The notes below the pieces were generated by a model. That model saw only the letters and a program-made list of their open reading frames with translations. It had not been told where the DNA came from and did no database searches. This document shows, piece after piece, positions 7,963-15,165 of a DNA stretch of 15,165 nucleotides. Where the stretch lies: assembly GCA_049472335.1 (NCBI GenBank), contig JBLIRO010000101.1, positions 1 through 15,165 on the forward strand, given 5' to 3'. The stretch comes from a bacterium (GTDB lineage Bacteria > SZUA-182 > DTGQ01 > JAFGSM01). The position numbers and the translations under genes are program-made. Within the stretch, counting starts at the first letter, position 1, and each line of letters begins with the position of its first letter.

Positions 7963-8516
7963 ATTTTTAAATTTTTGCTATTCTCATCTATGATTTACAT
8001 CTTCAGAATTATCTGTTTATGCCTTTTATTTTACTGAAAAAAGACAAAAGCTGAAATATTTTTACTTCTATGATAAATGAGATAAAGATATAGACAGGGA
8101 ACCTATGAAATTTCCTTTTTGATATTTTCACCAATAGCCTGGTAAAAAATCTTTTTTATTGGATTTGGTTTAGATATTCTGTGATCGTTGATTTTGTTGA
8201 TTTACAATGAAATTTCCACTTGGATTTTATCTGATTTTCTACCTCTTCAGAATTCGTCTTCCCTCACTTCTTCTAATATTCATTGACTTTTATTTTACAA
8301 GGTGACACAAAAATTTATTTTTTTGGGTTTTTCTTTATTTGAGTATATTTAAGTTGAATTGTATTTAAAATGAAAGGTGGTGATAGATCATTTTTTGAAG
8401 ACAGGTCAATTTATCATTTTTGGAAGGAGGAAGAATGGAAAATTTATGAAAGAATAGAACGATCTGAAACAGGTTTGGATTTAAAAAACAGATAAAAACA
8501 ATGGAGGAAAGAAATC

Positions 8517-9287
8517 ATGGGTAATGAGTCTTTGGCGGCATTATTAAAGAATAAGGAATTTCATCAAAAAAAATTAGTTAAGTCTGTTGCGATTACGATT
8601 GCTTTGCTTCTTATGATATCATTTTTATACTCATACTCAGCGTCAGCACAGGTTATGCCTGTGAGATATAATATAAAAGATCTTGGTATCGAAGTCGGCT
8701 TTACGGAATATGACCCTATGTATTGGTGCCCTTATACTGATTTTTTTCTTGGAGCCCACGAAACAGTTGACAAAATAGGTCCGGATAACCCCGGCAAACC
8801 CGTATCCGGTTCTTTTTGCTATTTCGGTTTATATAAAGATGACTGTTATAGCCAGGTTGAGGGATATGGAGAATTAGATTCATTCGAATTAAAGGCTGAT
8901 AGAGCCCAACTTAGAGAAGCAAGTTTAAACGGAACTGCAACTCTAACATATTATAAAGAAGAATTGTGCTGCTTTCCTACCCCTTACGGTCAAATGTGTT
9001 ACACTTGCGTCGAAACAATGGATGATGCTGTAACAATTGATATTGAGATACCCGGCTCGGGAGAGCTTGTTCATGATAATCAGACTGTTAGAAATAATAT
9101 GCCAAACCTTAGGTTGCGTTCGCACACAAATGCCCTATATCGGCTTTCTAGTGCCACAATCAAGATTAAAGGCGAATATACTGACATCAATAAAGAAATT
9201 ATTTATCCGTTTGATGATCCTGAAAATTGGGAATATGCTAACATTGTCAGAATTAATCACGGGAGTCTCTTCATACAAAAACCCTAA
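8517..9287 (+). CDS. Secreted hypothetical protein, beta-rich with a Cys cluster
   Basis: GGAGG RBS; hydrophobic signal ending in SASA|Q; 256-aa ORF; no family recognised. Confidence 0.8.
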   Translation: MGNESLAALLKNKEFHQKKLVKSVAITIALLLMISFLYSYSASAQVMPVRYNIKDLGIEVGFTEYDPMYWCPYTDFFLGAHETVDKIGPDNPGKPVSGSFCYFGLYKDDCYSQVEGYGELDSFELKADRAQLREASLNGTATLTYYKEELCCFPTPYGQMCYTCVETMDDAVTIDIEIPGSGELVHDNQTVRNNMPNLRLRSHTNALYRLSSATIKIKGEYTDINKEIIYPFDDPENWEYANIVRINHGSLFIQKP

Positions 9288-9292
9288 TCACG

Positions 9293-9346
9293 AATAGTGC
9301 CGTTGCCCCTCCTTTAAAAGGGCAACGGCACTATTGTCAAATTTTT
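9293..9346 (+). terminator. Strong hairpin, likely an intrinsic terminator
   Basis: Perfect 16-bp inverted repeat AATAGTGCCGTTGCCC (9293-9308) / GGGCAACGGCACTATT (9320-9335), 11-nt loop, starting 5 nt after the stop codon; the T-run follows after a short gap. Confidence 0.75.
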
Positions 9347-9444
9347 CGTGGTTTAATATATTCTCTAGAGAAGCCCCGCCTCAAACAGACTGGGTAAGAG
9401 CTTGACTCATTTGATAAGTTTTGTTCAATAAAGGGCAATTAGTC

Positions 9445-9481
9445 TGCAATCTCTTTTATAAAGTTTTATAAAGGGATTGCA
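9445..9481. repeat. Inverted repeat upstream of the 9601 gene
   Basis: TGCAATCTCTTT / AAAGGGATTGCA (11/12 match plus one G-U pair), enclosing tandem TTTTATAAAG x2. Confidence 0.6.
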
Positions 9482-9600
9482 AAGGGATTGGGAATGTTGT
9501 ATAGATGTAGATCAAGATCCAATAATGACTTAAATTGGTATAAGAAAAATTGAATGAATATTGAACAAAGGATTAAAAGTTTAGAAAGGAAGGCGGACAA

Positions 9601-10458
9601 ATGAAGAGAACCTTTAAAATTTTACCTGGTGTTTTCTCTATTTGTTTATTTGCTGTTACAGCGCTGGCCGGTTCCTATAAGCTTGAGTACAAAATGGCCC
9701 CGGGGCAAAACTGGCTCGCCACTTTTTCAACAGAAAAAAAATCTGAATCAGCAGAGGGCAAAGATTTTTCTCAGGTCAATGCCATAGTTGAATACAAGGT
9801 CTCCGAAGGTCCCGAAAAGAATTGGATCAGCCTCACAGCAAGGATTAAATCCCAAGATCATCCAATTGGGAATAAAAATACCATGCCGAAAGATCTATCC
9901 AAGATTGAATATGTCGCTGATATGCACAGGAGCGGTAAGATAAAAAATGCTAAATTTTCAGGCAATGTCTTACCGCATTTAGATGATAAAATTAAAAAAT
10001 ACTCGCCGGAGAAAGTTGACAGGTATGAACAATCATCACAAATTATTGCTGAAGCATGGAAAAACACGGTCTTCTGGTTCCCGGACCTGCCAGAGGATGC
10101 CATGAAACCAGGTGACAAATTTGAAGTCACTAAGAAAATGGATATGGGAAAAGAAGCGATCGGGATGAATATGCAGGCGGTTTTCAAACAGGTATTTACT
10201 TTAAAGGACGTGAGGGATGGACTGGCTTTTTTCATAGTCAAGGGGTACACCACCACCAACTCCACTGACGAAAAACTTGGTGAATCGAGAACCGTAACCG
10301 AAGGAGATGGTGAAGCTGTTTTTAATATTCGAGAGGGTATGTGGACGGATTTTACCATCAAGAATCAAAGTAAAGTGCATTTTAGCAATGTGCGCCATAA
10401 GAGTGAAAAATTTCAAGATGTTTATCAAATCAGCAGAATTCATATGGAAAAGCAATAG
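9601..10458 (+). CDS. Secreted hypothetical protein (beta-rich, possibly DUF6263-like)
   Basis: AAGGAAGG RBS; signal peptide ending in ALA|G; LEYKMAPGQ, LPEDAMKPGDKF and GEAVFNIREG segments. The family label is tentative. Confidence 0.8.
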   Translation: MKRTFKILPGVFSICLFAVTALAGSYKLEYKMAPGQNWLATFSTEKKSESAEGKDFSQVNAIVEYKVSEGPEKNWISLTARIKSQDHPIGNKNTMPKDLSKIEYVADMHRSGKIKNAKFSGNVLPHLDDKIKKYSPEKVDRYEQSSQIIAEAWKNTVFWFPDLPEDAMKPGDKFEVTKKMDMGKEAIGMNMQAVFKQVFTLKDVRDGLAFFIVKGYTTTNSTDEKLGESRTVTEGDGEAVFNIREGMWTDFTIKNQSKVHFSNVRHKSEKFQDVYQISRIHMEKQ

Positions 10459-10542
10459 GTATAAAAAAGGTCTCCTTCGAAAAAAGTGGAGCTGATTTCA
10501 AGTCGTACAAGTCGTAATAGATTTCAATTGCAGGATTCGGGT

Positions 10543-12183
10543 TTAATAGAAGGGCCTCCATCCGGATGGATAACCATAACCACTGTATGTTCCGTAGCCA
10601 CCTATGGGAAATCCGTAACCATAGCCGCCTGATGTGCCGAAACCGCTAAAAGGGTATCCGAATCCATAACCCGGATATCCAATTCCGCCGATTCCGCTAT
10701 ACGGATTGCCCCACAAGTCAGAAGCAAAATTTGTTCTTTGAAAACCGTAGGGATTGTAAGGATAACCATAGCCGCCTGATGTGCCGAAGCCGCCGTAAGG
10801 GTATCCATAACCGTAGCCGCCGGATGTGCCCAAACCACCGTAAGGATATCCAAATCCATATCCTCCGGATGTTCCATAGCCACCCAGGGGATATCCATAT
10901 CTAAAACCCGGGTAGGATTGATAGATGCCAGGAAGGTAAGGGGAGCCGTATCCGTACCCGTATCCGTATACAGAGATACCTGTCCCGCTGCCGCTTTGTC
11001 GCGTACTCTCAACCTTACCAACGACCGAAGGGTCATCAGGATCGGAGATATCGATGATCTGAAAGCCGTTCAAGCCAACGATGCAGGCATAATCTCCCTG
11101 CACAGCAACCCCGTTGGGCCTGTAAATGGATACGTCGCCGAGTAAATCCGGATCAAGAGGATCGGAGATATTGACCACAAAGAGCAGATCTTCCTGATTG
11201 TCGACATCTCCGGTCACATAAATATATTCCCCGCTTCCGGTCAGATCCTCGGTTGAAGGGACATGGGAATATGGAGGCATGCCCGGCAGATGCCATATCT
11301 CTTTTCTTGACGGATTTTCAGGATCGCTCACATCGACAATTATAATTGCGGATTCCTTGGCCAGATAGGCATAATCCTCATTCATCCAGATCCTCATTCT
11401 TCCGCCGCTTGCCTGTATGTCACTATCCAGTCCTGTGCCTGCCACAAATCTGTCCACCAGATACGGATCTTCAGGGTCCGAGATGTCACATACATGGATT
11501 CCGCATTCTATCGGGTAATCGTCATCCTCAAAGGTCAGATAGGCATAATCTCCCTGCACAGCTATATCTTCAACCGTTCCATTTAGATTGAGGCGTGCGG
11601 CCCTTACAGGTGAGGAAGAGTTGCTCACATCAAATATTACCAGCCCTGAATACGGATCGGCTATATAGGCATAGCTATCTCTTACCACCATCTCCCTGGC
11701 ATATACATTCTTTATGGTCCCTATGATCTTCGGTTTTTCAGGGTTGGAGATGTCTATGATCTTTACCCCTTCCGTTCCGCTATAGGCGAGATAGACCAGA
11801 TCCCCCTCCACTGCAATACTGAGCATTCCGGAGTTGGAATAGTCAAGACCTCCGACTATTTCGGGTGAGTCCGGATCGGATATATCGATCACCCTCAAAC
11901 CGCTGGGAAGCTCAGGCCCGGGAGGTGTCATATAGATGACATCGGTAGCTGAATGGGAGGTCCCTGTGACTGCCACGTAGGCATAATCCCCCTGCATAAC
12001 CACAGCAGTCCCGAAATGCATTGTATAGGCTGCCTGTAAATGGGTGGGGGTAACAAAAGCCATAATGGAAAACAGAAATGCAATGAAGATAACCACCCAG
12101 GGAAACAGGCGGTTTGCTTCTTGTGTATATTGCAAATGAATGGTTGAGATAATTGTTCTGTTAATATTTTTCTCGCTGTGCAC
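10543..12183 (-). CDS. Secreted LVIVD-repeat beta-propeller (7 repeats) with a C-terminal Gly/Tyr-rich low-complexity tail
   Basis: GTG start with AAGGA RBS; hydrophobic signal region; seven DISDPxxP-type units with AVQGDYAY strands; ~145-aa G/Y/P/F tail. Confidence 0.9.
   Translation of the reverse strand: MHSEKNINRTIISTIHLQYTQEANRLFPWVVIFIAFLFSIMAFVTPTHLQAAYTMHFGTAVVMQGDYAYVAVTGTSHSATDVIYMTPPGPELPSGLRVIDISDPDSPEIVGGLDYSNSGMLSIAVEGDLVYLAYSGTEGVKIIDISNPEKPKIIGTIKNVYAREMVVRDSYAYIADPYSGLVIFDVSNSSSPVRAARLNLNGTVEDIAVQGDYAYLTFEDDDYPIECGIHVCDISDPEDPYLVDRFVAGTGLDSDIQASGGRMRIWMNEDYAYLAKESAIIIVDVSDPENPSRKEIWHLPGMPPYSHVPSTEDLTGSGEYIYVTGDVDNQEDLLFVVNISDPLDPDLLGDVSIYRPNGVAVQGDYACIVGLNGFQIIDISDPDDPSVVGKVESTRQSGSGTGISVYGYGYGYGSPYLPGIYQSYPGFRYGYPLGGYGTSGGYGFGYPYGGLGTSGGYGYGYPYGGFGTSGGYGYPYNPYGFQRTNFASDLWGNPYSGIGGIGYPGYGFGYPFSGFGTSGGYGYGFPIGGYGTYSGYGYPSGWRPFY
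10573..10899 (-). repeat. 45-nt (15-aa) coding repeat, consensus YGYPYGGFGTSGGYG, 5 copies in blocks of 3 and 2
   Basis: Copies at 10899-10855, 10854-10810, 10809-10765, 10662-10618 and 10617-10573. CCATAGCCGCCTGATGTGCCGAA is identical at 10619 and 10766. Confidence 0.9.
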
Positions 12184-12235
12184 TGTTTTTTTCCTTTCTT
12201 TCGTAAAACTAAAATGTTACATATTCCCGTATTCC

Positions 12236-14308
12236 TCAGTTACAATCGAATGAGATAGAAACCTTTACACCTTTTGAAGTCAGGCTGTTTACCACAGAAC
12301 AATCCCCTGTGTTCAGGTTGTTATTTCTAAGGTCCAGCTTTTTCAGGCTGGTTAGTCCTGATATGGGAGATATGTTGCTTATATTGTTGTCACTCATATC
12401 CAGCTCTATTAATTTCTTTAACCCGGCCAAAGGATTCAGGTTGCTTATATCGTTTTGTTGAAGATCCAGCAATGTCAGTTTAGTGAGCCCTTCCAAGGCA
12501 GTTATATCGCTTATCCCGGTGCGATGAAGGTCCAGTTCTGTCAGTTTTGTTAAACCTGCTAATGGGTCTATGTTGCCCAGTGTTTCGTTGCTGCCGAGGT
12601 TCAGCCATGTAAGGTTCGTGAGCCCTGCTAAGGGACTTATGTCTGTTATGCTGTTTTGACCGATGTCCAGCCATGTGAGGTTTGTGAAACCGGCTAATGG
12701 AGTGATGTCACTCAGGAAGTTATGTCTGAGGTTTAGCTCTGTCAGATTAATGAGCCCTGATAATAGACTTAGGTTGAAGTCTCCCATGCGGGCATCGTAA
12801 AGGTCCAGATATGTTAAATTTGTGAGCCCGGCCAATGGGCCCACATCATTTATGTCACAATTACAAAGGTCCAGCCAGGTGAGGTTTGTAAGACTTGCCA
12901 ACGCACTTATGTCGGTCATATTGCTGTAGCGAAGGTCCAGATGTGTGAGCTTAGTGAGTCCGGCCAATGGGCCCACATCTGTTATATCGCTGCTGCCGAC
13001 ATCCAGATACGTGAGGTTTGTGAGCCCTGCTAATGGGCTTATATCGGTTATCTCACACCCGCCGATGTCCAGCCATATAAGGTTCGTGAGCCCGGCCAAT
13101 GGGCCTATATCGTCTATGGCGTTCCTGTTTAGGGAAAGGTTCAGCTTTGTCAGGTCGGTAAGACCTGCCAATGGGCTTAAATCGTTTAGTCGTTGCCATG
13201 TAAGTGACAGCTCTGTAAGGTTGGTCAGGCCCGTCAATGCGCTGATGTCTTTAAGGTCGAAATCATTTAGTGTCAGCTTTGTGAGGTTCGTGAGCCCTGC
13301 TAACGGGCTGATGTCGATTAGTCCGCAATTAGTAATGGTTAGTTCCGTGAGGTTTGTCATCTCTGCAAGCGGGCTGATGTCGTCTATGCCGACCGTATCT
13401 AGTTTCAGTATCTTAAGGTTAGTCAGCTCTGCCAATGGACCCAGGTCCGGCAAGTCGTTCAGTGAAAGATCCAGCTCTATCAAATTGGTCATTTCTCCTA
13501 TAAGGCTCAGGTCCAATGGTGGTGTGCACTCGGTCTTAATGGTGGCGGGAAAACACGCGTAACCTCCCCAGACATCACCGGGATATACCCAATGTCCTTT
13601 ACACATATCACTGGCATCGAATGAAGTCAGGGTAAGCAGCTTTTCCTTTGTTATGGATGCAGAAGACGACAGCCCAAGGGCATCCCGTATTCTTGCTTCG
13701 AGTATTCCCTCTGTGTCGATGGTAGTATCATATTTAGGTTCCGGCTTAGGATATTGCCATATATTTAAAGGTGTATAAATAGTATTTGAAGGTATATAAA
13801 TAGGAGGGTCTACCCATGGGAGCAAGGAATTGTAAGGGCTGACATTGACAACCGAATTCAACTGAGGGTAATAAGGATTACCAGACAAGGAAGGAGTCAC
13901 CCAGGGAGATAGGGTGCTCCACGGTCCCAAAGATAAGGGACTTGCATAGGGTGCAGGAAAAGAAAAAGGATTTTGTACATAGGAAAAGGGGGAATAACCT
14001 GTCCCGGCCCCATAGTTGCCATAGGTTGATGATGGTCCGTATAATCCTCCATATAACGATCCGTAAGTTGAGAATAATCCTGTCGAAAGATAATTGCCGT
14101 ATGATGTATAGGCGTTGTTACCTCCGTAACCGGGAATGGTGTTGAAGGAGGTAAGCGAGGGACTAAATGAAGCTCCGGAAAACCAGTTGCTATAGGGGTC
14201 CCATTGGGCCTTTGTCCCTGAAATATATATCAAACCTGTTATTATTAACAGTACAATGCCGGCTATAAAGTATTTAAAGAATCTTTTCTCGTTTCCGTCC
14301 TTATACAT
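12236..14308 (-). CDS. Secreted internalin-like leucine-rich-repeat protein with an N-terminal Tyr/Gly/Ser/Pro-rich low-complexity region
   Basis: AAAGGTG RBS before the ATG at 14308, preferred over 14389; signal peptide ending in TKA|Q; internalin-like cap (LEARIRDALG...ITKEKLLTLTSFDAS); 18 LRRs of 22-24 aa; Cys-bounded C-cap. Confidence 0.92.
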   Translation of the reverse strand: MYKDGNEKRFFKYFIAGIVLLIITGLIYISGTKAQWDPYSNWFSGASFSPSLTSFNTIPGYGGNNAYTSYGNYLSTGLFSTYGSLYGGLYGPSSTYGNYGAGTGYSPFSYVQNPFSFPAPYASPLSLGPWSTLSPWVTPSLSGNPYYPQLNSVVNVSPYNSLLPWVDPPIYIPSNTIYTPLNIWQYPKPEPKYDTTIDTEGILEARIRDALGLSSSASITKEKLLTLTSFDASDMCKGHWVYPGDVWGGYACFPATIKTECTPPLDLSLIGEMTNLIELDLSLNDLPDLGPLAELTNLKILKLDTVGIDDISPLAEMTNLTELTITNCGLIDISPLAGLTNLTKLTLNDFDLKDISALTGLTNLTELSLTWQRLNDLSPLAGLTDLTKLNLSLNRNAIDDIGPLAGLTNLIWLDIGGCEITDISPLAGLTNLTYLDVGSSDITDVGPLAGLTKLTHLDLRYSNMTDISALASLTNLTWLDLCNCDINDVGPLAGLTNLTYLDLYDARMGDFNLSLLSGLINLTELNLRHNFLSDITPLAGFTNLTWLDIGQNSITDISPLAGLTNLTWLNLGSNETLGNIDPLAGLTKLTELDLHRTGISDITALEGLTKLTLLDLQQNDISNLNPLAGLKKLIELDMSDNNISNISPISGLTSLKKLDLRNNNLNTGDCSVVNSLTSKGVKVSISFDCN
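12305..13510 (-). repeat. ~66-nt LRR coding repeats (18 units)
   Basis: Consensus DISPLAGLTNLTxLdLxxxxIt; recurring DNA scaffold such as GAGGTTTGTGAGCCCTGCTAATGGG on the + strand. Confidence 0.9.
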
Positions 14309-14697
14309 CTTTTCACCTTTCTTTTCTTTAAAGAGCTGTAATAAACAACCTGTTTCAAGTTTTGCCTCCGATACCCGATAACCTGACAAAATGATTTTTC
14401 TGGGTTTGATCCTTATAAAAATTAATAATCATGGACAGAAGATCCCACTTTTAGGCCAACAGCAAGTGTGCAGGGATTGAACATGAATATGATATAAAAT
14501 TGCAACAGTTTTCATATTATTATTCTATGCGAAGGGATTAAATTGTCTCATTCAAGATATACCCTGTTCGGTTAATAACCTTTCCTCTCCTTATAACTGC
14601 CTGCATAAAGGGGAAGATTGATCAATATTAAACAACCATCTTCCAGTCACAACAACAATAATTTTAATCCAGGTATCCGATTTCTGTTATCATATAA

Positions 14698-14713
14698 TAC
14701 AATTATAGTGCCA
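14698..14713 (-). promoter_or_regulatory. Candidate sigma54 (-24/-12) promoter for the LRR/LVIVD genes
   Basis: Minus strand TGGCAC-TATAA-TTGTA against the consensus TGGCAC-N5-TTGCW; one mismatch, at the conserved -12 C. Confidence 0.5.
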
Positions 14714-14838
14714 GAAATTATATTTGAAAACAGTATAATATACGACACTTTGCATAGTGTTTTTTACTATATCCATTTGATTATAAAATTATAAAGGGAT
14801 TTTTCAGTTGATTAAACCGAAACGACAATTGAAGAATC

Positions 14839-14854
14839 TGTCGCAAATTGTGAC
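14839..14854. promoter_or_regulatory. Near-palindrome, candidate enhancer-binding-protein site
   Basis: TGTCGCAAATTGTGAC, ~125 bp upstream of the -24 element; extra CGACA half-sites at 14823 and 14743. Confidence 0.4.
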
Positions 14855-15165
14855 CTTTGTTTTTTATATTTCCTTTATTGGCGAAGTTGCCGGAATTGTT
14901 TGCGGGATTAGGAAACGGGTTCAGGAGAAAGGGTATCCAGTTTTGGTGCCCCGCTTGAGGAGGGCGGGCGTAGTTGATGTTTTTAATTAATAAAGGGTAA
15001 GCCGAATTGGGATAAGCTCTTGTTTAATTTATTAATTGCCTCATTACTATTTTTTATATTTTTTACATTAAAATATAAATAAAAAAAGGTTTTGATACAA
15101 TCTAACCATGATTACTATCGAGTTATGAACTGTAACTTGAAATTTAAAGATTTAATTGATTTTTC

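Noticed and set aside
12305..13510. LRR DNA repeats as a CRISPR array
   Set aside because: The ~66-nt period is in frame, degenerate at wobble positions, and fully explained by the protein repeat.
10602..13562. Alternative-frame and antisense ORFs (10602-11036, 12945-13562 and others)
   Set aside because: Shadows of repetitive real genes. The same applies to 2766-3299 and 9858-10361, which are antisense to well-supported CDSs.
14808..14990. 60-aa + strand ORF
   Set aside because: TTG start, no RBS, no motif, and it overlaps candidate regulatory sites.
1..15165. DGR template repeat, reverse transcriptase, CRISPR array, tRNA/rRNA, transposase or integrase
   Set aside because: None seen by eye: no second copy of 881-1014, no RT-like ORF, and no repeat-spacer array.

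Overview
Bacterial accessory region with AT-rich intergenic DNA and no housekeeping genes. In order: (1) the 3' part of an FGE-sulfatase/CLec-fold gene, probably NACHT/STAND-type and open from base 1. Its last ~130 nt look like a diversity-generating retroelement (DGR) variable region and are followed by an 8-nt-period repeat; I see no template repeat or reverse transcriptase in the window, so it would be a remote target. (2) A Phd/YefM antitoxin and a PIN/VapC toxin pseudogene with two in-frame stops, which the ORF track misses. (3) Flavodiiron protein FprA. (4) An AbiEii/AbiEi type IV toxin-antitoxin pair in toxin-first order, with a near-consensus promoter and a palindromic operator. (5) Two response regulators without a kinase in the window, plus small or membrane hypothetical proteins. 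(6) A cluster of predicted secreted proteins, including an 18-repeat LRR protein and a 7-repeat LVIVD beta-propeller. These two each carry a long, charge-poor, Gly/Tyr/Pro-rich low-complexity module and lie downstream of a candidate sigma54 promoter. All family calls come from reading motifs by eye; no database searches were run.
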